Part shown: one piece after another, positions 33,523 to 41,022 of the stretch
Layout of the letters: each line of letters starts with the position of its first letter
Numbering within the stretch: position 1 is the first letter of the stretch
Origin: Escherichia phage BEK2
Strand: one strand, 5' to 3'
DNA length: 46,880 bases
Sequence record: MN158206.1
Position numbers and translations under genes: made by a program
The notes under the pieces: generated by a model
What the model saw: the letters and a program-made list of their open reading frames with translations, nothing else
What the model was told of the DNA's origin: nothing
Databases searched by the model: none

Positions 33523-33723
33523 ATGGCTACTATCTTTACTGGTAAAATCTACGAATCACGCAAAACTGGTTATGAATATGAGTTGGTTATCACAGAAGAT
33601 GGTTACATACTTACTGATACTGATGATATGTCTTACGCATTCGAAGTTAGCCCGACTTACAAAGATGACCTGGAAACTGTTAAAAACGCATTTGGCGAAA
33701 AATTTGATGAGGTATTCGAATAA
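33523..33723 (+). CDS. hypothetical small protein (FTGKIYE...ITEDG family)
   Basis: 66 aa. Preferred over overlapping ORF 33473-33742 because it follows the leader/SD and couples (TAATG) to the next gene. Confidence 0.6.
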   Translation: MATIFTGKIYESRKTGYEYELVITEDGYILTDTDDMSYAFEVSPTYKDDLETVKNAFGEKFDEVFE

Positions 33724-33944
33724 TGGCAATTTTTACATTTGAAAATCAATGGGAAGTTTTCCAGGCGATGGCGGCTAAGGAGTTGCATAAAGCTGGGTAT
33801 AAATATAATGGCTGGGATATGGTTTGGTGCCTGGACATGAGTTTTGAACATGATTACCTGAACACAGATATCGAAACATGGCGTGACCGTATGGTTGCAG
33901 ACATTACTGAAATGAAAAAAGATTGCCCAGAGGATTTTGAATAA
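33723..33944 (+). CDS. hypothetical protein
   Basis: 73 aa, TAATG coupling at both ends. Confidence 0.6.
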   Translation: MAIFTFENQWEVFQAMAAKELHKAGYKYNGWDMVWCLDMSFEHDYLNTDIETWRDRMVADITEMKKDCPEDFE

Positions 33945-34069
33945 TGAAAATTGCAGACAAAGAGATGTTCGAGATCGCACAGACTTATGCAAGTTACGCA
34001 GTTAAAACTGGTTCAGAATATTGCTGGATGTGCGCTAAAGAATACCTAAAAATGGCTTACGGACTATGA
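33944..34069 (+). CDS. hypothetical micro-protein
   Basis: 41 aa, not in the ORF track. It exactly fills the gap, with TAATG and ATGA overlaps to its neighbours. Confidence 0.45.
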   Translation: MKIADKEMFEIAQTYASYAVKTGSEYCWMCAKEYLKMAYGL

Positions 34070-34314
34070 TAGTTGAAACAGGACGAGCCGCAGTATGGGC
34101 GCACTGCGGAGAGGCGGGAATCCAGGATGACATTAAGCAGATCTCTCGCTTCTTTGACATAAAAGATATTAGCGTTGTGTTCAATGGTAAATTCTCTTAC
34201 ATGGATGATCGACCAAGAAAATACGTAAGAGTTAAGCCAGGTGTCGGGATTGATGTTAATGAGTTCCTCAAATCTGAGGGATACAAGTTTAAGATAAAGA
34301 AGCCTAAGGATTAA
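34066..34314 (+). CDS. hypothetical protein
   Basis: 82 aa, ATGA coupling. Confidence 0.6.
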   Translation: MIVETGRAAVWAHCGEAGIQDDIKQISRFFDIKDISVVFNGKFSYMDDRPRKYVRVKPGVGIDVNEFLKSEGYKFKIKKPKD

Positions 34315-34316
34315 GC

Positions 34317-34568
34317 ATGTTGGGTTTAGATTTTCAGCCAGAGCATTACGATTTAGTGCATGGGAAAAGTGGCACAAAGTTTAGAGCGATACCTATTACT
34401 GACTGGTTTCCTCCTGATTATGTGGATGTGAATGCAAAAACTAAAGAAGGTAAGTGGGTGCAGATTTATCATTCTCCAGCATGCGGAAACCTGTGCATGA
34501 CTGACCTTGACCAGAAGTTAACAATTAGTGCTGATTTAATTGACTACTGGTTAAAAGAAGTTGAATGA
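34317..34568 (+). CDS. hypothetical protein
   Basis: 83 aa, AAGGA SD. Confidence 0.6.
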   Translation: MLGLDFQPEHYDLVHGKSGTKFRAIPITDWFPPDYVDVNAKTKEGKWVQIYHSPACGNLCMTDLDQKLTISADLIDYWLKEVE

Positions 34569-34650
34569 AGATCATAATACTAGTAGCATTAGTCCCACTG
34601 TTTAGCTCTACTATCTTATACTTTATCGTAATGAATTAAGGAACTTATAA

Positions 34651-35781
34651 ATGGCAACTGCAAAGATTAGCAACGAACAACTACGCGAAGAACTGGCAAG
34701 TGGCATGACCAACAAGGCAATCGCAGAGAAGTACGGAATGAACATTCGCAATGTTGAATTGCGTCGTAGTAAATTGGCTAAGAGCGGGGAATTGCACGGG
34801 AACCCAGGCATCAAGAAACTAGTTCCTGACGGTTATATGGTTAAAGGCACATCAACAATGATTGACGCGGAAGGTAACGAGAAGATCAGATGGGTTAAAA
34901 CTTCAATAGATAATGAGCGACTTGAGGTTTTAATGGAGCAAGCGCGTGAGGCTTTTTGCTCTGATTTGCCAAAGGCAGATTCGGTCACCCACTCAGGTAA
35001 TGAGGTAAATTCTGAATTAATGACTCTTTACCCGATTTTTGATATCCATATCGGCATGATGGCTCATCGACATGAGTCTGGTGAAAATTATGACACCAAT
35101 ACCGCAGAGAAATTAATGGAATCATATTTCGATCATGCAATTTCTGTATCACCATCATCAGAGAAGGCTGTGATTTTGGTTGGCGGTGATTTCCTTCACT
35201 CTGACGGACTGGAGGCTGTAACTCCAGCAAGTGGGCACTGCCTTGATCAAGATAGTCGATATGCCAAGTTAGTTTATGTGGCAATTCGCTCAATTCGCGG
35301 TGCGGTAGAGAAGATGCTTAAGAAACACAAGGAAGTCGAGATTCAAATCATAGAGGGAAATCATGACCAAAGTGGTATGATTTGGCTTCGTGCGGCAATG
35401 GCTGCATTTTATGAAAGCGAGAGTCGCGTGTTTGTTGATACCAGCCCGGCAATCATGCACAAAACACGATTTGGCTCAACACTACTTGGTTACACGCACG
35501 GTCACACGATGAAGAAAGCAGAAGGCAGGCTTGCAGCTATGGCAACTGATTACAGGAAAGATTTTGGTGAGTGTGAATTTGTTTATTGCCACTCCGGGCA
35601 TTTTCACCACGCAACTGTTACAGAGTGCACTCTTGGGATTGATGAGGTTCACCCAGCTCTGGCTAGCAAGGATGCATATGCCGCTCGAGGAGGGTGGCGA
35701 TCATATCGCCAAGCGGCTGCAATTGTTTACCACAAGAATTTTGGCGAGGTTGGTAGACACATTTATCGCCCAGGTATGTAA
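34651..35781 (+). CDS. HTH-domain / calcineurin-like metallophosphoesterase fusion protein
   Basis: N-terminal GMTNKAIAEKYGMNIRNVELRRSKL (HTH). Phosphoesterase motifs DIHIG, GGDFLH, GNHD, THGH, GHFHH. Confidence 0.7.
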   Translation: MATAKISNEQLREELASGMTNKAIAEKYGMNIRNVELRRSKLAKSGELHGNPGIKKLVPDGYMVKGTSTMIDAEGNEKIRWVKTSIDNERLEVLMEQAREAFCSDLPKADSVTHSGNEVNSELMTLYPIFDIHIGMMAHRHESGENYDTNTAEKLMESYFDHAISVSPSSEKAVILVGGDFLHSDGLEAVTPASGHCLDQDSRYAKLVYVAIRSIRGAVEKMLKKHKEVEIQIIEGNHDQSGMIWLRAAMAAFYESESRVFVDTSPAIMHKTRFGSTLLGYTHGHTMKKAEGRLAAMATDYRKDFGECEFVYCHSGHFHHATVTECTLGIDEVHPALASKDAYAARGGWRSYRQAAAIVYHKNFGEVGRHIYRPGM

Positions 35782-35825
35782 ATAGCACTTTTTGCCTAAA
35801 GCATGCCGTAGAAATGCGGCATAAT
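35782..35825 (+). promoter_or_regulatory. box promoter cassette P13 (1-nt insertion variant)
   Basis: ATAGCACTTTTTGCCTAAA (35782-35800) directly after the stop TAA, an ATGCCG/CGGCAT hairpin in the spacer, CATAAT (35820-35825). Confidence 0.5.
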
Positions 35826-35866
35826 TACCACATCTAAACGAGATGAACTAAACGAGGAAACACAAA

Positions 35867-36043
35867 ATGACTAAAATGATTTATTGCACCAAAAACAATT
35901 CCAAGACCCTGCCATTTACAGTTAACCAGCCGTACAACGCAGAGTACCAGGGCGATGGATATTACAAGATTTATGGAGACGATATGAAGCACATCTTAGC
36001 GCCGATTGATGGTTCGTTGGTTGAATTTATTATCGCTGACTAG
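35867..36043 (+). CDS. hypothetical small protein (FTVNQPY...YGDD family)
   Basis: 58 aa, below the track cutoff. Follows P13 and is followed by a strong terminator. Confidence 0.5.
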   Translation: MTKMIYCTKNNSKTLPFTVNQPYNAEYQGDGYYKIYGDDMKHILAPIDGSLVEFIIAD

Positions 36044-36070
36044 CGCAGCAAAAACATAGTGTTACGAACG

Positions 36071-36095
36071 GGGAGCCTTTTGGCTCCCTTTTTTT
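36071..36095 (+). terminator. rho-independent terminator
   Basis: GGGAGCC-TTTT-GGCTCCC followed by T7. Confidence 0.85.
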
Positions 36096-36173
36096 ATGCT
36101 TCTTTTCCTAGCGGTGCTAATGTATCATTCTTTTATTAACTTAAACATTGACAAATACATAAAGGTGGATCAC

Positions 36174-36389
36174 ATGAGGGAGGTAATTAACGCCGCTACG
36201 GCATCAACTGGAGGCGCTGCGGTAACTGGCGCGGCAACTGGTCAAATGACTATAGCAATAATCAGCCTTATCGCTCTAATCATTTTTGGAGCCTGGGGTG
36301 CTTACTGGAAGTATAAGGATAGTCAAGCTATTCGTCGAGCCCTTGAGTCTGGCGACCTGAAAACGGCAATCAATATAAGGAGCAAGTAA
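36174..36389 (+). CDS. holin (pinholin-like)
   Basis: 71 aa from ATG 36174 (AAGGTGG SD). A weakly hydrophobic Gly/Ala-rich segment, a strong TM (MTIAIISLIALIIFGAWGAYW), and a charged C-terminus. Immediately upstream of the SAR endolysin. Confidence 0.65.
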   Translation: MREVINAATASTGGAAVTGAATGQMTIAIISLIALIIFGAWGAYWKYKDSQAIRRALESGDLKTAINIRSK

Positions 36390-36875
36390 ATGAAGCAGAA
36401 GCTGGCCATTAGTGCTGCGACAGCTGCGGCAATATACATAGCAGCGCCACTTATTGAGCTTGTGGAGGGTGTAGAGAATAAGCCGTATATTGACATTGCT
36501 GGGGTGAAAACAGTTTGTTCAGGGATCACTGGCAACGACGTAGTTTGGGGTAAAACTTACAGTAACAGGGAATGCAGAAACCTGCTGGAGAAACACATTC
36601 AGATTCATGGGAAGCATGTTCAGGATGCTGTAACCTACCAAATTGCACCGCAGACAAGGGCGGCTTTAATCAGCTTTAGCTACAATGTTGGCGGCTCTGC
36701 GATGAGGAAGTCTACGGCTGTTAAATTAATTAACCAGGGCAAGATTGAGCAAGGTTGCAAGGCTCTCGGGATGTGGGACAAGGCTCGAGTTAACGGGAAA
36801 CTGAAGGTAGTTAAAGGCCTGGTGAATCGCAGGAATGAGGAGATTAAGTTATGCTTAAGTGGATTGCAGCGTTAG
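36390..36875 (+). CDS. SAR endolysin (T4-lysozyme/GH24 type)
   Basis: N-terminal signal-anchor AISAATAAAIYIAAPLI. Catalytic E-x8-D-x5-T spacing in EGVENKPYIDIAGVKT. Overall pattern as in the P21 R family. Confidence 0.8.
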   Translation: MKQKLAISAATAAAIYIAAPLIELVEGVENKPYIDIAGVKTVCSGITGNDVVWGKTYSNRECRNLLEKHIQIHGKHVQDAVTYQIAPQTRAALISFSYNVGGSAMRKSTAVKLINQGKIEQGCKALGMWDKARVNGKLKVVKGLVNRRNEEIKLCLSGLQR

Positions 36876-37240
36876 TGATGTGCGTAGCTTTATCTGGATG
36901 CTCAGCAACATCTGCTCTGACCGGGTTAATTGGCAGCAAGCCAGAGATTAGCGCACAGGCTGGAGCAGAAAACAACAATGTTGGAGTTGGGTTAACGAAT
37001 AAGGTTGACCACAGTAACTCCAGCGATGCCACCGTCAAAGATTCTAAGGTTGGTTCACTAGATAGCTCGAGCGGGAAAAAGACTTCTGATAACTCTATTA
37101 AGGCATCAACAATCACGGCAGAAAAGATTGAGATTACAAACAACGAATCATCAGCGCTTCCGTGGGTTGGAACTGGGGCTATGGGGTTACTGGTTTTTGT
37201 TCTCCTGGCCGTAATCTTAAGACGTAAAAAAGCCTCCTAA
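36851..37240 (+). CDS. unimolecular spanin (u-spanin)
   Basis: Lipobox LSG-C at the N-terminus plus a C-terminal TM (WVGTGAMGLLVFVLLAVIL) in one 129-aa chain, as in T1 gp11. Overlaps the endolysin 3' end. Confidence 0.75.
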   Translation: MLKWIAALVMCVALSGCSATSALTGLIGSKPEISAQAGAENNNVGVGLTNKVDHSNSSDATVKDSKVGSLDSSSGKKTSDNSIKASTITAEKIEITNNESSALPWVGTGAMGLLVFVLLAVILRRKKAS

Positions 37241-37258
37241 TGGAGGCTATGCTTTTCT
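37226..37258. terminator. bidirectional terminator
   Basis: AGCCTCC-TAAT-GGAGGCT flanked by an A-run and T-runs, between convergent genes. Confidence 0.7.
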
Positions 37259-37265
37259 TTTCTAT

Positions 37266-37463
37266 TTAATCTCTTTCAACCGTGAAAGTTTTGCTAAATT
37301 GCTCATTTGTCATAGTTACAAATCCATTTCTGTGCTTAACCTTCATGTTTTCACTTCCGGCATACATATACTCATATACTCTACCGACAGTAAAGTAAAT
37401 GAAGCACATTTCCTCTCTCTCACTCAGGTTTGCAAAAGACATGCCTTTATATTTGGCCTTCAT
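37266..37463 (-). CDS. hypothetical small protein (FTVGRVYE family)
   Basis: 65 aa, AAGGA SD, first gene after P14. Confidence 0.55.
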   Translation of the reverse strand: MKAKYKGMSFANLSEREEMCFIYFTVGRVYEYMYAGSENMKVKHRNGFVTMTNEQFSKTFTVERD

Positions 37464-37499
37464 GATAATTTCCTTTCTCTTCTTAGTTTATATGGATTA

Positions 37500-37543
37500 A
37501 TAATAACAAAAGCCCACAAGGGGCTTTTAACAAAAGGTGCTAT
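37500..37543 (-). promoter_or_regulatory. box promoter cassette P14 with nested terminator
   Basis: Minus strand: ATAGCACCTTTTGTTAAA (37543-37526) right after the stop TAA, a 22-nt spacer holding a hairpin plus T-run, TATTAT (37505-37500). Confidence 0.55.
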
Positions 37544-37879
37544 TTAAGAGAATAACTCGTCGTCCGTCATTGTTCCTATATTCATCATCTCTTTTATGTA
37601 CTTGCTCTCATACCCGCTAAGTGCCTCGAAATTGAAATCAAACGGCCTCTTCAGGCTACCCTTGCTAACAAACTCACCACACTTACCATTAATGTAACCC
37701 GCACTCAACATCTTCGCGCAAAACTCCTTTGAAGCAGCGCTGCAAAATTCCCTATGCGACAACCCGGCGGCTTTGCTAAATCTCTGAGAGTCCTTGTGTT
37801 GGTAGATGAATCGCGCCAAATGCTGCCGTGTGAAATATGAATACGACTCGCAGAACTTAAATATATCTAGCAGGAACAT
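37544..37879 (-). CDS. hypothetical protein
   Basis: 111 aa. Start lies 4 nt after the stop of the P-loop gene (GGGGTG SD). Confidence 0.6.
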   Translation of the reverse strand: MFLLDIFKFCESYSYFTRQHLARFIYQHKDSQRFSKAAGLSHREFCSAASKEFCAKMLSAGYINGKCGEFVSKGSLKRPFDFNFEALSGYESKYIKEMMNIGTMTDDELFS

Positions 37880-37882
37880 TCA

Positions 37883-39466
37883 TCACCCCAGCAGTCGCGG
37901 ATTAATGTAAACCTTATCACCAATCAGGCACGTGTAGTTTTTCTCGTCAAGCATTGGCAGTAGGTGATCTTTAATCTTCGTCATTACCCCAGCCTGAGCC
38001 TCGAACGGCTTAACCTTTCGAGCAGCTTCATATAATGAGCGAATACCAACTACACCCTTGCCGTTCTTTCCTTGCTTGATCAGGATATCAATCAGCTTAT
38101 TCATCTCGGCATTATCGCCAGCGTGACCAGCGGCGTTAGCAGATGAAAGATAAGTCTTGCTAAGTTCATTGAACATAATTACAGCTTCTTGCATGGTATC
38201 AAGCTCAATCTCTCTTGACTTCTGTGGACTCCCGCCATTTGGGTTAAACCAGTTACGCACAGTGTGAAGAACCGCCGCAATCCTGATGGCCTGCTTATCG
38301 AACTTACCCAGGGCGCCGCGCAACATTGTGTGGGAATACTTCCCGCCGTCCGCAAGGTGAGGCTCCATCTCCTGACGTGCGCGGTTAAGATACTTCATTG
38401 CTGAGTTGCTCACTGTCAACTTAACATCTTGCTCATTCATTATTTCATGAACTAATCGGAAATAGTCGGCCTTGAGTCCACCATCAATTGGCTCATATGT
38501 TGAATCTCCATTCTCATCAACAAACACACGCTCGCCCAAAAATGACTTTTCACGCACAAGCAGAAATCGCTCCGACACACCGATACCACGTGCGCCAGCG
38601 TTCATGATTGCATTGATTGTTTCGTCTTGCGCAATTACTGAGATGCAACCCATAGCAACGAAGCTCATGTTGTTCTCTGCGTTCGCACGCGCAATGGACA
38701 CGTTACCAGCATCCCATGCCTTCAGTACAAGTTCGCTGTTCGTCTTCTTGGATCCGTCACCGTACGTCATACCTAGCAGTGAGTTGACGCTCGTCGCCTC
38801 ATCAGAGATAACCGCGAAGTTACCTTGTCGGTTGTTTATTCGTGCCAGACCTTCCGGCGTGGTGTCGGATACAGGGAAAACGATATCACAAAGTTTCTCG
38901 AGCTTTTCCTCAAGCTCCTCCTTCTCCTCAAAAAGAGAAGCCATCTCTGAAGGAGATTTCTCCTGCTTCATCTCTTTGGATAATGCAGATAGTTTGGCCA
39001 TGATCTTCTTGCGCTCACGCTTGCGAACTTCATTAAGACGCTCAGTCTCAGCAATCATTGGAGCAATCGATAGCGAGTTAATTGCTGATTTACCAGTTGA
39101 TGGCGGCTGGCTTGTCACGACGTAGAGCGCAGTTGGTTGTTGGGTTCCATGATACTCAACTGTAAATCGGCCCAGCATCGCAGCGGAAATACACCCCAGG
39201 AAGTGCATGTATGCGGACGACTCAGGAAACTGAACCGAACGAGCTATGTTAGATGACAGTTTGCCAACAACATCAATATCATTACCTAGTGAGATTACGG
39301 GATACTTGTCATTAGCTGCATCAATCTCGACCGGAGCCTTCCAAAATGATTGAGAATGACGATAGCCATTGGCATTGATAGCGACGCGCAGGGGTGGGAG
39401 GTTGTCCGCAGCAGCAATTGCCATAACCTGTTCAACAGACAGTTTATCTTCGTTGAAATCAAACAT
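37883..39466 (-). CDS. P-loop NTPase, DUF3987/YfjI-like (candidate replication initiator/helicase-type protein)
   Basis: 527 aa. Walker A SQPPSTGKSA, Walker B NFAVISDEAT. N-terminal 42 aa and C-terminal ~70 aa are paralogous to ORF 42798-43322. Family name is from recollection and needs an HMM search. Confidence 0.6.
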   Translation of the reverse strand: MFDFNEDKLSVEQVMAIAAADNLPPLRVAINANGYRHSQSFWKAPVEIDAANDKYPVISLGNDIDVVGKLSSNIARSVQFPESSAYMHFLGCISAAMLGRFTVEYHGTQQPTALYVVTSQPPSTGKSAINSLSIAPMIAETERLNEVRKRERKKIMAKLSALSKEMKQEKSPSEMASLFEEKEELEEKLEKLCDIVFPVSDTTPEGLARINNRQGNFAVISDEATSVNSLLGMTYGDGSKKTNSELVLKAWDAGNVSIARANAENNMSFVAMGCISVIAQDETINAIMNAGARGIGVSERFLLVREKSFLGERVFVDENGDSTYEPIDGGLKADYFRLVHEIMNEQDVKLTVSNSAMKYLNRARQEMEPHLADGGKYSHTMLRGALGKFDKQAIRIAAVLHTVRNWFNPNGGSPQKSREIELDTMQEAVIMFNELSKTYLSSANAAGHAGDNAEMNKLIDILIKQGKNGKGVVGIRSLYEAARKVKPFEAQAGVMTKIKDHLLPMLDEKNYTCLIGDKVYINPRLLG

Positions 39467-39496
39467 TACTTCTCTCCGTATTGTTTCTGAGCGGAC

Positions 39497-39539
39497 ATTA
39501 TATCAACGACCGCTTATAATTCATTATCAATTTTGCTAT
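39497..39539 (-). promoter_or_regulatory. box promoter cassette P15 (variant box)
   Basis: Minus strand: ATAGCAAAATTGATAAT (39539-39523) right after the stop TAA. TTGATA is followed by a 22-nt spacer and TATAAT (39502-39497). Confidence 0.55.
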
Positions 39540-39893
39540 TTACAGGTATTGCGCCTCAAAATGGTACGTCTGGCAAAGAGTGTAAAATCCAACATCCTCG
39601 CTGCGGTAAAGCTGCCAAGCATTACCATCCTCATCGTAAATGTAACCGGCATTTTGCCCTATCCCGGCATGCATAGATACCTGGTAGCGCTTTCCTTCTT
39701 TAAAGTCTTTTTTAACTCCTGACTTGTGGTTAACCTTTGTGCAGTAAAGCGTCTTAGTCTTGACGTACTTACCGCGCTCTTCGAGGTTAACCCATTTGCC
39801 ATCTTTCTTAATCTGCTCCACACCATCTTTAACGCGAGCTTTGTAGAGTACGTTTTCGTTGCTGATCCAGCTTTTAGTAATCGTAGTGGTCAT
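39540..39893 (-). CDS. hypothetical protein (FKEGKRY...YDEDG family)
   Basis: 117 aa, AAGGA SD, first gene after P16. Confidence 0.6.
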   Translation of the reverse strand: MTTTITKSWISNENVLYKARVKDGVEQIKKDGKWVNLEERGKYVKTKTLYCTKVNHKSGVKKDFKEGKRYQVSMHAGIGQNAGYIYDEDGNAWQLYRSEDVGFYTLCQTYHFEAQYL

Positions 39894-39929
39894 TTTGTTT
39901 TCCTTTTCGTGTTTCGTTTCGATGAGATT

Positions 39930-39973
39930 AATATACAGGAAAAGCCCCGAAGGGCTTTAGCAATTAGTGCTAT
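39930..39973 (-). promoter_or_regulatory. box promoter cassette P16 with nested terminator
   Basis: Minus strand: ATAGCACTAATTGCTAAA (39973-39956), a 22-nt spacer containing AGCCC-TTCG-GGGCT, TATATT (39935-39930), leader CATCGAAACGAAAC. The box encodes NSTNC plus the stop of the upstream gene. Confidence 0.65.
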
Positions 39974-40208
39974 TTATTTCCTTGAGTCCAAGTGGCGTTA
40001 TCACTACCTTATACCAAGTTCCAATCTCTGGCTTATTTACATTATATGCCAGCTCTACATAACCTAGCCGAAATAGTTTTGGTATACCTCTGGATGACTT
40101 GCCACAATCACGAATCCTGCCGCGATTAAGGTCATAGCTTATTTGATGAATCTCTCCATTATGAATACAGTGGAGGGTTTTTATTGCGGATTCAGAAATT
40201 TTAATCAC
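39957..40208 (-). CDS. hypothetical protein
   Basis: 83 aa. GTG start in a GTGA overlap with the upstream micro-ORF. C-terminus NSTNC is encoded by the box. Confidence 0.5.
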   Translation of the reverse strand: MIKISESAIKTLHCIHNGEIHQISYDLNRGRIRDCGKSSRGIPKLFRLGYVELAYNVNKPEIGTWYKVVITPLGLKEINSTNC

Positions 40209-40375
40209 TTATTTTCACCGTTAATATTCTTCGCATTCTCTATCGCCTTGAGCATAATTTCATGACTCTCAAGCAAGTCCTCGCGGAACCAGTCGCCGCA
40301 AGGCCAGCCCTTACCAGACATCTTTGACACAACTTCAAAATCCCAATAACTCAAATCTGAAGGTAATAGCATCAT
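40205..40375 (-). CDS. hypothetical micro-protein
   Basis: 56 aa (MMLLPSDLSYWDFEVV...), translated by hand. ATGA and GTGA overlaps with both neighbours. Confidence 0.45.
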   Translation of the reverse strand: MMLLPSDLSYWDFEVVSKMSGKGWPCGDWFREDLLESHEIMLKAIENAKNINGENK

Positions 40376-40611
40376 TTCACCTCATCAAAAGTTGCAATCC
40401 CAGGAATAAACATTCCAACCTTCCATCCTGCAATGGCAATCCAGCCAGAATCGTTCTTGTGCGGTCGCTCAGCGCCTTTAATTAACCATTCGTTCGGGAT
40501 TGTCTTGCCGTTAATGATTAGTGGCTCAGCGTCGTACATAGAGCCTTTAACGAACGGTGTCAAAACCTTCTTATCGGTACTGGTAATAACGTTAGTGCAG
40601 CGAATTTTCAT
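40372..40611 (-). CDS. hypothetical protein
   Basis: 79 aa, ATGA coupling at both ends. Confidence 0.55.
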   Translation of the reverse strand: MKIRCTNVITSTDKKVLTPFVKGSMYDAEPLIINGKTIPNEWLIKGAERPHKNDSGWIAIAGWKVGMFIPGIATFDEVK

Positions 40612-40781
40612 TGCACCACCTCAAACTCACCAGGGTGAATAACAAGCGGTTTAGATGTGCCATCCATTATTACCACCCTACCATCTCCGCAATCCATGAA
40701 TACATCGTAAACTTCGCCAATCTCAATGCCGTAATAATCTGTTGTGTAAATCGTGTCAAACTTAACAATCTTAATTTTCAT
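40608..40781 (-). CDS. hypothetical micro-protein
   Basis: 57 aa (MKIKIVKFDTIYTTDYYGIEIGEVYDVF...), translated by hand. ATGA overlap downstream. Confidence 0.45.
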   Translation of the reverse strand: MKIKIVKFDTIYTTDYYGIEIGEVYDVFMDCGDGRVVIMDGTSKPLVIHPGEFEVVQ

Positions 40782-40791
40782 ATCTCAATCC

Positions 40792-40968
40792 TCAAAATGG
40801 AATGCAGTCTTGGCAGCCAAGTCCATCGCAGCACAGGAATTCATCCTCTGACTGGAATTGCTTAGCCAGATCAATATCTATTCGTCCGCGGACAACCATT
40901 TCGGTGTAATCTTCGTTAAGACCAATCAGTGCGCATTCGTGACGTAACTTATCTTTATCAATCTTCAT
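40792..40968 (-). CDS. hypothetical micro-protein (Cys-rich C-terminus)
   Basis: 58 aa (MKIDKDKLRHECALIG...LCCDGLGCQDCIPF), translated by hand. Weak SD. Confidence 0.4.
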   Translation of the reverse strand: MKIDKDKLRHECALIGLNEDYTEMVVRGRIDIDLAKQFQSEDEFLCCDGLGCQDCIPF

Positions 40969-41022
40969 ATCTATACCATCGTTTGGTTTGTGCCGGATGT
41001 CGTCCGGCGGCGATATAATTTA

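Noticed and set aside
34581-34622. TAGCA half-site and TATACT hexamer upstream of the HTH-phosphoesterase gene
   Set aside because: There is no TGCTA partner, and the spacing to the hexamer is 4 nt off the cassette rule. No convincing -35 either. The gene may be co-transcribed from P12.
36109-36120. Partial box TAGCGGTGCTAA upstream of the holin gene
   Set aside because: The half-sites are only 2 nt apart instead of 5. The hexamer 22 nt downstream (TAAACA) is a poor -10. It is recorded only as a possible decayed copy.
38472-39125. 217-aa + strand ORF antisense to the P-loop gene
   Set aside because: Ser-rich shadow frame of a gene with clear Walker motifs on the other strand.
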